From Gnetum montanum (taxonomy: Eukaryota > Plantae > Gnetophyta): 64,000 bases of DNA. The DNA lies in contig MNCI01002706.1 of NCBI GenBank assembly GCA_015680685.1, positions 1,020,758-1,084,757 on the forward strand, given 5' to 3'. Position numbers and translations under genes: made by a program. Below the pieces are notes generated by a model. The model ran no database searches, had not been told where the DNA came from, and worked only from the letters and a program-made list of their open reading frames with translations. Shown one piece after another: positions 49,401-61,510 of this stretch (position 1 is its first letter; every line of letters begins with the position of its first letter).

Positions 49401-50978
49401 AATTACAGGCTAAAACAATTGGCACATTTTGCAGCATTGAATGAAGGAGATTAGAATGAGTAGTTTGTGTTTAAAAAATGAAATTGCTGTAATTGGTTAT
49501 CTTATGAAGTGATTAGCTTAAATAAGTTATAAGAGGCAATAAAAAGCTAGAACCATTTTTGGCATGCCTCCAAAAGGCCATATGGAAGGAAACATTTACG
49601 ATTAATATATGAATTTTACTATGAAGTAACATGTGCTGAGTTTTGGCAAATAATAACATAATTGTCTGGCAATACTGGCAAGGTTCCAAGATATCATTCG
49701 AACACTCTTATGTAGGGTTGCACAATTACACCCTTAATATCATGTTTGTAGTTCTTCTTTTATTTTCTTTTTAAAATTTTTTTGGGGGGTATTTTCATCC
49801 GTTGTGGGTAAACGTACATATTGAATACAGTTAACCATGCAAATGATTGTCTGTGTTTCATGCTGTAGGATCTCGATCTTACAAAACCGACTGTTCAAAA
49901 GCCTCCAAAGAAATTACAATTTGAGACCACCAGCAGGGAAGTTTTGAAGAAAGCAGATTTTAGGGTACAGTTTTCTTCCCATGGAATTTTTCCTTAACTA
50001 TTCTTTATCATTTTTTTTACATAGTAAATGCCTTCCAACAGCTTGATAAATACACGTTTCTTGCTAAATTTCATTTTTTTGTTTTAAATCTAGAAGTCTG
50101 ATAAACAGCTAGCAACTTAGTTTCAATTTAGGCTTTTTGTCATTGTCAAAATGTTTAATGACAGAATATTTTTAAACCTCTGATTGCTATTTCCTTTCCT
50201 CTGAAGTTTGTGGTCGCTTTTTTGATGTTTATTAGTCCTTTGAAAAGGAAAAACCGTATCAGAAGAATAATGTGTGCAATCCATATAAATTTCCATTATT
50301 TGGGGCACACCCCAAGACAATGAGCTAACCAAGCCACCTATCACTGGCTTAAAAAAAATTGTTATTAGTTCTATATGCATCTCTTAGCAAGCATTGTACA
50401 ACCTTTTATGTTCTTTTATGGTATCTGCACAGAAATACGTTGTATTATTATCAAGTATTTTTCTTCTTTTAAATTTAGGTATATGTTCTATGGTCTAACA
50501 TACACTTTTCATGTTCATGCAGAATGTTAAATTTTTGCAAAAATTTATCACAGAGGCTGGAATAATATATCCTCGAAAGAAGGTAGCTGTAATATATGTT
50601 GTTCTTCAAAGCTGCCTTCGTAGAGTAACGCAGACCTTTTGGTCATTTAATTTAATGAAAACGTTACTATGATAGTTCCTTGATGTTTACAGCTTAGCTT
50701 TTCAGATCAATGAGATTTTTGCTATCTAATATTAGTTTCGTTAAAATTTTGTGCAGTTTCGGATCAGTGCCAAGGCCCAGAGAAAGATTGCACGGGAAAT
50801 AAAGACAGCAAGAGCTTTTGGATTAATGCCCTTCACATGCATGGGAAAGAAACCATTTGTTTATGGTAGAACCATGGAAGATCTTGATAACGATTACTAT
50901 TTTGATCAATACAAGGATGAGGCCGATGATATTCAAGATGATGATCTTGAACTTGGTGTTGAAGAAACGGATCTTTAA
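46331..50978 (+). CDS. MRPS18: Nuclear-encoded mitochondrial ribosomal protein S18 (bS18m), 5 exons, 274 aa
   Basis: join(46331-46430,48113-48459,49869-49964,50523-50582,50757-50978) = 825 nt. All introns are GT-AG and the frame is open. N-terminus is Arg/Ser/Leu-rich without acidic residues (presequence-like). ADDFESRLFG..SFFRKLDR is followed by the S18 core ADFRNVKFLQKFITEAGII..RKKFRISAKAQRKIAREIKTARAFGLMPF. Confidence 0.93.
48113..48459 (+). CDS. MRPS18: bS18m exon 2
   Basis: Acceptor tttag|CT, donor CAG|GTACCA, in the frame of ORF 48181-48504. Confidence 0.9.
49869..49964 (+). CDS. MRPS18: bS18m exon 3
   Basis: tgtag|GAT...AGG|gtacag; DLDLTKPTVQKPPKKLQFETTSREVLKKADFR. Confidence 0.92.
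50523..50582 (+). CDS. MRPS18: bS18m exon 4
   Basis: tgcag|AAT...AAG|gtagct; NVKFLQKFITEAGIIYPRKK. Confidence 0.92.
50757..50978 (+). CDS. MRPS18: bS18m exon 5
   Basis: tgcag|TTT; FRISAKAQRKIAREIKTARAFGLMPF...ETDL*. Confidence 0.93.
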   Translation, partial: FRISAKAQRKIAREIKTARAFGLMPFTCMGKKPFVYGRTMEDLDNDYYFDQYKDEADDIQDDDLELGVEETDL

Positions 50979-51834
50979 TATCAGATTTGCGTTCTTCACC
51001 GTAAACTTGAAATGGTAGATGAAGGAAGGAGATTTGTTAGAGGGTTCTCAATTTGGAATAGTTTTTTTCTTGGGTTTCTGCGACTTTTCAGAAAAATATT
51101 TGACACGATGGAAATTCTTCATAGGAGTCAATAGTTAATGGAAGTGCAAAAATTACTAAATCTCAATTCTCTTCATGCATCGATTATAATAATAAGGTGA
51201 AGGTTGTTGATAAGGGTTGAGCTCCATCATATAAGTTGTTTTAATTCAAATAATTTATATTAAGGTATCTACCTATTATGCAAATGATAATGTTTGATAA
51301 GGTTTGATAATGAAATTTGTTGGATAGATTCTTTGGATCTTGGGGTATCTGCATGTATATGATAATGTATTAGTTTTTGTTTTATTAACTAGTGGCAAAA
51401 GTTTGCATTTGAGTTAAAATCACAACACATTCTTTCTTGTAAGTTTTCAACCATGTTAAAATAGCATAAAGTAATTAATTTTCTTTCAACTTTACCTAGC
51501 ATAAAATAAGTGATGGCTTAATAAATTATTAGTAAGCTATAGTTTACTAATTAAGAAGAGGAGCTAGTGAAAGGTCATGCAATGTAGGCTCGGCCACTAG
51601 GCCCCACCAAACAATGAGATAGAAGTTGCCATCAAAGGCATAGTGCAAAATGCCTCCTTTGTACATGTTGTCTACAACCTCCTTTGTCATGCCTTGAACC
51701 TTCTTGGGTTTTGCACCCTTCACCTTTGCCTCAACACACCCTATGCATTAGTTGCTATAGCTCTATCTATGAAGCTTTGCACTATCCATTTTGTTGTGTT
51801 TTAGGCCTTGTCACTTTGTTAAACACTAGCGGTG

Positions 51835-51984
51835 TTTGTGGACATTAGGAGGACCATTGCTTCTAACCTCTCTAGGGTTTGTCGACACTATCACTTCTAA
51901 TCTTTCTAAAGTCCTATTGACATCATCACTCTTAACTTTTTGAAGTTTGTTGGCACCATCACTCCTAATCTCCATGAAGTTTAC
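51835..51984. repeat. ~34-bp degenerate tandem repeat (about 4 units) in probable TE-derived DNA
   Basis: Units gtttgtcgacactatcacttctaatctttctaaa / gtcctattgacatcatcactcttaactttttgaa / gtttgttggcaccatcactcctaatctccatgaa. Confidence 0.75.
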
Positions 51985-52846
51985 AGTGTTGGAAAAAAGT
52001 TTGTTAATTAATGGAAAATTTTAAAAGTTAATTAGTTGATGGAAAAATTTGATTTTCAAATTGGATGGCTAGATAGGAAAATTCAAATATTTTGACATAG
52101 TCAAATTTGATCAAAGGTTCAATTTGATGGTTTGACAATAGCTGGGATAAAAATTCCATAATTAAGCATGCTCATCATAAAGTAGTATTGGGATGGATGA
52201 CCTCTTAAGAAGCTCTTAGAAAGTCTCAAAATTCATGCCCAAAATTTTGAACTTTGGAAACCCATAACTTTTGATTTTGGAGATCTTTTTCAACAAACAA
52301 AGAGTCATTTTTCCAACAGACTTTGACCTTTCAAATGCGATGGAGAAGTCAAATTCACCTATGGAACTTTGAAATTTAGTTTTTAATCTTTGTCCCGAAA
52401 TTGTGCCTCAAGAGCCTAGAAGCTTAGTTTAGCATAACTTGAGCATTCAATGTTCATTTCTAACATATGAATAGTCATTGCTAATATTTTTTTATCCTTT
52501 TGAACCTAATGGTGAGGTTCAGACTGACCATTTGAATGGTTAATAATTAGATGATACCACCTTAATAGGCCATAAACTAGACCAACTAACTATGCTTAAC
52601 AATTTAATTGTTAGGACTAACGAAGCTAACCCTTTTTGACCATCTTGGGACTTAAGATTAGGTGCTTAGCCTATGCCTATAGTTGGACATGGGTCACTAA
52701 CTCTTAGTTGTTCTTTAGTGATACCATTGGAGTTAGTTTCTTAAGGAAGGTAGAAAAGTCATTAAGATTCTAGGAAAAAGTTAACCAATTCAATAACCCA
52801 ACAATCCAAGCAATTAGAGAATCAGTTGATGAAATAAAATACATAA

Positions 52847-53946
52847 GAAGATGTATACCAATTCAACTTACAAACAAATTATTCAAAGCAAACATCAACA
52901 TCGATCATCATGGAGAATTATAATCTTGTCTCAATAAGGCACATTGTACCCATGAGAGGAAATGAGCTAGGGAAGAGCCTAGAAATAAGCATGAAGGTCA
53001 CAAAGTACAATGTGCTTATGAGATCCTTAGCTAATGAAAAATAACATCCACTATGTTCACATTGGGCCTTGGACTAGCATGAGTATTGATACTCATGTAT
53101 CCTTGCAGAATTATAACATTTGAATGATAATGTCTTGTGTCTACAAGAAGTCCTACCTTAGAAGTTTTTATACCAATTCCAACCCACTTTAAGAGAGTTG
53201 GGATATGAAACTTTCTATAAGCAAAAAGATTGTTGTGATGATTCTTTGTACAAGTCATACCTATTAGCCTACTACAAGAATCACAACATGGATAGTTGTG
53301 CAATCTTCTACAAGAAAGCCTAGTTCAAATTAATACAAAGATTCAAATGAAGATTAGAAGACATGATTTTCAAAATTCCAGCAGTCCAATTCATAGGGAA
53401 GAAAGAATGATTAAAATTCCAGAGAAGTCATAGATACTTGACATTGGCATTTAAAATGCATTCATTAAAGAGACATGTATGTCTGGTAAACATATATTAA
53501 GTCACCAAACCAACATGCCCAGATCTTAGACTCTACCAAGTGGCCTACTTGATCAACTAGATCAAGGAAAGCTTGAAGAATAAGCTATTCCTAATCCATA
53601 CCTATTTTAAGCTAGTTCCATTCATCCTCTTTGCAAACTTCAATGAAAAAGTTGGAAGTAGTGTTCGTTAACTCTTAAAATATGAACATGTAAAATATCC
53701 TTTGAAAGAGGAAACTAATTTAAAGAAGATATTTCCATCCATTCATCATACCATTTTTTTAGCTAGCACAGATTCCACCTACCTTAAATCTTCAGTAGAC
53801 AAGTTGAATTCTAGAATTCGAGAACAAATGATGCTAATGGATATTGTTCATTAAGCAAAACAATTCACCAACTATGATGTCATGACTACTAAAGATAGGT
53901 TAATATCATTTTTCAATGAGACCTTAGTTACATTTGTAATGACACA
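52847..53946 (+). pseudogene. Intronless CCR4-type deadenylase (EEP nuclease domain) pseudogene, cut at its 3' end by an LTR insertion
   Basis: One frame from 52991 gives MKVTKYNVL..SLA..HPLCSHWALD*HEY*..ILAEL*HLNDNVLCLQEV..FQPTLRELGYETFYKQK..DSCAIFYKK..HVCLVNI..PDLRLYQV..VPFILFANFN..FTNY..FNETL(DYI). These are the CCR4 motifs in the correct order and spacing, with 12 stops by my count. Confidence 0.85.
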
Positions 53947-55022
53947 TGATGAACCCCTAAATTGCTTTAGTTTTAATGCAAAAACAACTTACATTTTTAT
54001 TTTTATTTTTGTTATTTTACCATACTGAAGTACATCAAATTCCTCAATGGTACGTGATATGTACTAATCACTTTTTTAAGTCTATGTTATTGTAGGATAT
54101 AGTGGAATCAATATGTATCAATAACCTATTGATTTGCATCATGGACTTCGGCATATTCAAAGGGCAGACATATCGATCCACATTGCTAGAATCAACTTAT
54201 ATTGAGCCAAATTTTATCGATCTCCATAGCAATAGCAATAGAAATCAATAACAATGGATCAATAGAAATCTGGAACTTTCCATAGAAATGAGATATCGAT
54301 CCATGTTGTGAACACTACAAAGATTGACAATTGAGAGCTATCACCATCACGATTTAGATTGATATCTCCCTACAATAGTGTCAATCCATATCTATTTTCT
54401 TAATGAAATTGATATGTATATCTTGTAAAGTTTTTTTTTTCCAAATTTAAGATGTAAGCTCTTTTGGTATAAAATGGGGAGCACCTCACCTAAGAAGGGG
54501 GATTCAATACTTAGGAGAACCCACATCAATTTGGAATCAATCTCTTAATTCACCTTAGAATTGTTCAATGATGATTTGTTAAACCTTGTGGTAACTACAA
54601 ACCATTGGAGCCTATTGATAGGCTATTGAGGCTGCTACGTCATGATACAGCAAGGCAGAATCACAGATTGGGTGATGTCTCCATTGTGATCCTTATAACT
54701 CATGATTTGTACTCAATGATTTCAAATTTGATTTAATCATTTAACTTCCACTCTTGAACTTAAGATTAGAAGGTAGGGTAAAAGTTCATGATTTGGCTTA
54801 TGAGTGATAGTCATAAGTGTGGGATTTGATTGGATTTAAATCTAATTGTTTGTTGTCTTGATGATTTCTTTGGCTTTTAACCATTCCTCCATGGATACAA
54901 CTCATGGGTTAGTCATAGACAAGGTAACATCACTGCAACGAAAGTAATCTAGCCCTAGAATTTTGGCTAGCTCGTCAATTTGACATCCTTTCCAATGAGG
55001 TCAACAAAGTCAATCTTCATCA
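53947..55022 (+). repeat. Probable 5' LTR of element D
   Basis: 7-bp terminal inverted repeat TGATGAA...TTCATCA and internal TATAAAA ~54467. It starts exactly where CCR4 homology stops. The partner LTR is not in the window and the PBS is unclear. Confidence 0.7.
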
Positions 55023-55699
55023 AGGGTTTGGTATGTTTTTAGATTTCTTCTCATATTTGGAGTTAAATCTTAAACAAAAGGTATGCATTCTTTCTTTTAC
55101 ATTTTGGTTGTTTTTTTTTTTTAAAAAAATTAGAAATACTTTCCTTGAATTATTTTTCATGCAAAAAGAAGAATAAAAAAATTAAAACTGAGGAAAATGT
55201 ACAAGAAAGATCTCAAGAGTCAATTTCCTTAGTCCCTAAAATTGAAGAGAGTTATAAAAAGGTTGCAATTAAAGCTGTAATTACATGAGCAATAAAAATA
55301 GTTTGTAAGTTTCTAGGATTAATTTCCCATGAATGTGCCAAAGAAGATTATGTTTGTTAAATTTAATGACATCCAATAGACAATACAAAAATCCAACTCG
55401 AATTCAACCTCCTAGGGATTCTAAAAGTTACTATAAACATGATAAAACTAATTTGGAGCAACCTCAAGAAGAACTAGAACAAGAAAAACTTATTTTTGAA
55501 GGGAATAAATTTAAAGGATAAACTACTCTAAATATCCCATCAACTTCTAAAACATTTGAGACTTTCATAAAACAAGGAATTTCAATTAATAACAAGGAAG
55601 AAAGTCCAATTGAAATTTTCAACCAAGTTGAATTTTCAATACCATTTCCATTTTTAGTAGCATTTAATCCATTTTTGATAACTTGAATAATACAAACAA

Positions 55700-58600
55700 C
55701 AAACCCAATTACAATTGTAGGTTTCCAGAATCCTAATATCAACCAAATATTAAGTAACATGTCTACTGTGGAAGGGACTACTCAACTAGTAAGTATATTA
55801 AACCTTCAAACCCCTCTCATCTCAATAGCCACCTCTATTTCTATACCAAGTCCCATTGTGATTCCAATCATGGGTACTTCTTCCTTTACAATTTGATCTC
55901 CTTCGTATCATACACCTCCTCCAATTTCACAAAGTTTAATCCCTCTCTTTTTTGGAAGCATAAGCTCTAATATTCCTTTGGAGAAAGTTTATCAAGGATA
56001 AACTTTAGGGGATTTATTAAATCAAAGAACATCAACAATTCCCCAAGGACCATTAGTTTTTCTTCCAAGAAGAAACGTAGAAGTTAAGAATTTACATTTA
56101 CTACCCAACTTTAGAGGAACTAATGATGAAGACCCTATAACTCATGTTAGGGAATTTGAAATCATGATAGCTATGTTAGCACCTTAAGGGGAGGATAGGA
56201 CAAAAATGATAGCCTTCAAATATACTTTAAAAGACAAAGCTAATTTTTGGCTTCAAATCTTGCAAACTCAAATTGGCTCATGAGATGAATTTGACATGGC
56301 ATTTATTCAACACTTCCACTCTAACAATAGGATATATACCCTTAGGAAACAACTTATGAGCTTTACACAAAAGGAAGATGAGGATTATAAAAGTGCCTTT
56401 GATAGATTAAAGGGTCTATGCCTTAAAAATCCCAATCATGGATTTCTATCCCACCAATTAATTTAAATTTTTATAGAGGAGTTATTATCATACTATTGAT
56501 AGAATGTAGATTTTTCCTATAGGGGAAATATTTTAAATGTGATACCAGAAGAAGGTTGGAGAATTATTGATTCTTTAGTAGATTAAAGCAAATGTTGGCC
56601 AAAACTTGATGTCATGCAAGGTATAACCCTCCAAACTAAGCAATTAAATAGAAAGGTTGATGAATTAACTAGATTAATTAAGAAAAAATCTCATTTTGCT
56701 CAAGAGGAAGTTTGCAATTCATGTGGATATAAACAACATGACACCACAACTTGTCCAGCCTTGGTGTACTATAATGAAGAAATTCAAGAATTTGTAACAG
56801 CTTTTCAATAGTTAATAAATCAACCTCCTTCACCATTCCAACCAACACCATTGTATCAACCATTAATACCACTCTCTCAAAATAATCATAAACCATTTAG
56901 AAATCTAATTAATGAGCAATTGGATTGGTTAACTTAAAGTTTAATGACTTTCATAGAAGAGAATAGGTAATTTGTAGCCGAAATAAGAAGAAGGTTCCAA
57001 GATTTAACTAAAATTGACTTACCTTCTTAGCCTAAATCAAACCCTACAAATCAAAGAAAAGGAAAGAAATAATTACATTCTATTACCACAAGACATGGGA
57101 AAACTATTAAACCTAAGAACATTAAGAAATTTAGCTTCTAGGATAAAGTTGAAGAGACACAAGGAGAAGATTAATCACATGAAACAACTATATTAGATAA
57201 GGAAAGAAGTAAAAACCTAATGGATGTAAGAGAACAATGTTCAACATCTTCCTCATCCTTAAATAGAAGGATAAATTCACCACCATTTCCTAAAAGATTG
57301 CAAGAAAAAGTTTCCACTAAGGCACATATTAAGAAAATTTTTAAAGAATTATATTTACATATTCCCATTAAGCAAGCTTTAAAGGATACATCACTTTATG
57401 CTAAATATTTGAGGGAATTATGTACAAAAATAAGGAAAGAAAATATCCCTAGACAAATATATTTGGTTGATAACTTATCTCAACTTATAAAAAGTCATGA
57501 AATTTCAAAAATACCAATATGTGGAAGTTCCAACTATTCCTATAAGAATCAATGGAAAAAGCATAAAAAATGCCCTATTGGATCTAGGTGCTAGCATTAA
57601 TATCATGCCACTTGAAATGGCCAAAATGCTAAACTTGGCAAATATACGGAAAGTGAATATGTCAATTTCTTTAGCCAATGGCTCAACCATTAAACCTATA
57701 GGGGTAGTGGAGGATCTAATAGTGGAAGTAGAAAAGGGAAAATACCCCATGGATTTTGTTGTGTTAGAAGTAAAAGATCTAGATTATTTTCCCATCATTC
57801 TAGGGAGATCTTGGCTAGCAACCATTGATGCAATAATTAATTGTAAATCAAAAAAACTTCAATTAACCTCTGCTAATCTCACCTTTACACTTAATATATT
57901 TGATAAAACAAAGAAGGATAGAATAAAGCAAGATATTAAAGAAGCTAGGATTCTTTACACAATGCCAACATTGGCCATGCTTGAGGATAGGAAAAAATTA
58001 GCACTTAATAATTTTGAGTTGGGACCTTTAGATTCTTTTACAACTAAACAACAAAAATTCTTGAAGAAAATTTTGAATTTGGGATTAGGAAGCATTAGGG
58101 ATACTATTGAACCACTAATTAGCAACTCTTTAGAATTTCAAAAACTATCTAACACCATTAAGTATATTTTCCTTAATGAGAACAAACCATTAATAATAAA
58201 TTCTCAGCCATCCAATAAACAAGAAATGAAATTACTTGAGGTTTTAAAAAGAAAATCCAAGGCATTTGCATGGAGTTATGAGGATCTCCATCAAGAAATT
58301 TCACCCAACATATGTCAACACCACATCTATCTAGAAGACAATGTTAAACAAATTATAATTCCTTCTATATGAATCAATCTAGCATTGAAATAAATCATTA
58401 AGGATGAAGTTTCTAAACTTTGGAAGGAAGGAATTATTTATCCAAGCTTCTAGTGAATGAGTGAGTTCCATCATAGTGGTGCCTAAAAAGGGAGGAAAAT
58501 GGCAAGTCTATGTAAATTATAGGAAACTTAATCAAAACACTAAAAAGGATCATTTTCCTCTACCTTATATAGACCAAATTTTGGAAAGATTAGAAGGGCA

Positions 58601-61060
58601 TGAATTATTATTTTTTGGATTGGTTTAGTGGTTATAAGTAGGTAGCCATTTCACTAGAAGATCAACATAAAACAAATTTCATCTATTCATATGGTACTTT
58701 TGCCTATAGGAGAATGCCTTTTGGTCTCTATAATGCACCCACTATCTTCCAAAGGGTAATGATATTAGTCTTTTGTGATATGTTAGAGGAATACATGGAG
58801 GTATTTATGGATGATTTCTCACTATATGAATATATCTATGAATAAATGTTAGATTGACTAGAATTTGTCTTAGATAGATGTATAGAGAAAATTTAAAATT
58901 AAGTTGGGAAAAGAGTCATTTCATGGTAACAAGCAATGTAGTTTTAGGACTAATAATCTCTAAGGAAGGAATTAAAATGGATGATGAAAAAGTAAAGGTA
59001 ATCTCTATACTTCTAAACCCAAAAAATTTAAAAAAACTTCGATCCTTCTTAGGTCATGCTAGATATTAGAGATAGTTCATCAAGGACTTTTCAAAAAGTT
59101 CTAAACCCCTTTATATACTTTTAGAGAAAGATATTCCCTTCCCATGGATTGATGATTACCAAAAAGCATTCTCTAAACTTAAGAAAAGAGTAACTACTGC
59201 TCCAATACTTAATTAACCTAATTGGAACTTTCCCTTTGACTTAATGTATGATGCTAGTGACATAGCTATTGGGGCAGTTCTGGGTTAATACATAGAAAAT
59301 AAACCAAGAGTAATTTACTATGTTTCCAAAAGTTTAGATTAAGCTCAAGTAAACTATACAACTACAGAGAAAAAAATTTTAGCAATTGTGTATGCTTTGG
59401 ATAAGTTTAGACACTATTTAATAGGATATAAAACCATGGTAGACATTTATCATTTAATTATAGAATTCCTAGCCAAGAAAAAACTAGAAAATGCTAGGAT
59501 TATGAGATGATGTCTTCTACTTCAAGAATTTGATATTGATATTCTAGATAAAAGGGGTAGAGAAAATGTTGTGGTAGATAACATTTCTACATTGGAAAAT
59601 CTAGAGGAAAATAGGACAATAGGATTATTTAATGATAAATTTCTTGATGAACAACTCTTTTTAGTGAAAAAGGATCCTTGATTCATAAATATCACAAACT
59701 ACTTAGCCACAATGAAAACACCAACTTAATGGAGTCAATAAGAAAAGAAGTCTTTTCTAAGAAGCATCTCAAAGTATATTTAGAATGAACCATATCTCTA
59801 TCAAATATGTAAGGATAATGTGATAAGAAGATGCATGATGGAAGAAGAACAACATGAAATCCTACACATGTGTCATGATGACCTTGGAGGTACATATCTT
59901 GACAGTCGTAAAATAGCTATAAAAATAATACAAAGTGGGTTTTATTGGCCCACTATTTTTAAAGATGCTTACGTATATGTCCAAGGATGTGACAAGTGTG
60001 AACACTTAGGGGCAATGACAAGATGTTAAGAAATGTCACTTAATCCCATCTTAATAACAAAACCTTTCAATGAATGGGGTATATAATTTTTAGGACCATT
60101 CCCACCTTTCAATGGATGCTAGTGTATTTTAGTATGTATAGATTATGTTACTAAATGGGTAGAGGCTAAAGTTAATCCAACAAATGATGTTAAGGTAGTT
60201 GTAGCTTTTTTGAGAGAACACATATTAACATGATTTGGAACTCCACATGCAATTATTAGTAATCAGGGGACTCATTTTGTAAATAAAATAATGGAGAAAT
60301 TCCTTAAATCTTATAGAATCCAACATAAGATAGTCACTGCCTATCATCCACAAACTAATGGTTAAGTTGAAAATGCTAATAGAATCATTCCAAAGATCTT
60401 AACTAAAACCATTTGTGTTAAAAAGAAAGATTGGTCTAGAAAATTACAAGATGCATGCTGGGCTTGTAGGATTATTTATATAACAAACTTAGGATATTCA
60501 CCTTATTAATTAGTTTATGGTAAATAATTTTTATTTCCCATTGAAATAAAATACGAATCCCTAAGATTAGTGCATCGACTAAGTTTTGATGGAAAAATGA
60601 ATCACAACTTTAGAATGACCTAATTACATGAATATGATGTAGTGCACATGCATGAAATTGATAAAAAAAAAGAATAATTAAGAAACAAATGAAGTGTATG
60701 CACGATAAAGACATACTAAATAAATACTTCTCAAAAGGAGATAAAACCTTATTATATAATAGGAGATTACATAAATTTCTAGGAAAACTAACAACTCAAT
60801 GAGAAGACCCATACCTAGTATTACAACCCCATAGCAATGGTAGCATCCTAATTGCATCCATAGAAGACCACTTTACCTCACTCCTAGTAAACGGCCAAAG
60901 ACTTAAGCATTATCATCAACATCAAATAAAAGAACCTAGAGAGGGTGAGTTAGTAGAATTAAGTGATCCTAATTACCCTGTAGAGGAACCATGTGATGAA
61001 AATACTTTAATAGAAGTTAAATTTGTACAGAGTAATTTCAAGCAAGTACCTTATTTCATA
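55700..61060 (+). pseudogene. Degenerate gag-pol of element D
   Basis: ORF fragments 56614-56811, 57220-57594, 57497-58372 (protease), 58878-59069 and 59820-60029, with many stops between them. The start position is approximate. Confidence 0.88.
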
Positions 61061-61139
61061 ATTTAAAGGGATAATCAATAGTCTACAACTTTTATCTTGA
61101 AAAATTTAGAGGGCAATAGGAAATGTTATTGTTGGTTGG

Positions 61140-61510
61140 TGATGAGTGGTGAGGTACCCCTACACTCAACCATAAGAATACGAGCATGCATGCACGACCC
61201 GGTCGAACTCCAAGGACTAAGTGCTTATGCGCCTTATGGAACACTTAAGGTTAATCAATCGTTGTCTTCCCAAGCTTACTTGTATTTTTCACGGTTGTAT
61301 GGTTAAGTAAGCTTGAGGTATGTGATTTTTATGCCTTTTATCATTTTATCGCCTATGCTAAGAGGAGAGAGGGTGAAGAGACTAAGTAACTAACTTTCAC
61401 TAACTAATCTCTAATCGTCCTAGCATCAGTATCCATTCCCACTTGCCGTACACACCCTAAACTAGTGCAACACTATTGGGATTACCAAACGCTATTCGTT
61501 ACTGGGTTAC
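61140..61510 (-). repeat. LTR fragment of the element A/C family, interrupted at 61511
   Basis: Begins tgatgagtggtgaggtacccctacactcaacc like 30133 and is cut at gggttac by another family LTR. Confidence 0.85.

Larger units (their letters stand above)
53947..61139 (+). mobile_element. Second Athila-like Ty3/gypsy element (element D); the 3' part is displaced by later insertions
   Basis: Candidate LTR 53947-55022. Gag (LLPNFRGTNDEDPITHVREF; AFKYTLKDKANFWL; CNSCGYKQHDTTTC), PR (ALLDLGASINIMP), RT (EVFMDDF ~58800), RH (YDASDIAIGAVL) and INT ending LVNGQRLKHY ~60890. Confidence 0.9.

Noticed and set aside
52715-52745. gtgatacca ttggagttag as an LTR end plus PBS (or reverse Met-PBS) upstream of the CCR4 remnant
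   Set aside because: The match to tRNA-Asn or tRNA-Met PBS is too short and no partner LTR is visible.
52991-53946. Interpretation as LINE apurinic endonuclease (also an EEP fold)
   Set aside because: The C..WAL.W.YR, D.CAIFY and D.RL.QV motifs and the domain length fit CCR4, not LINE EN.
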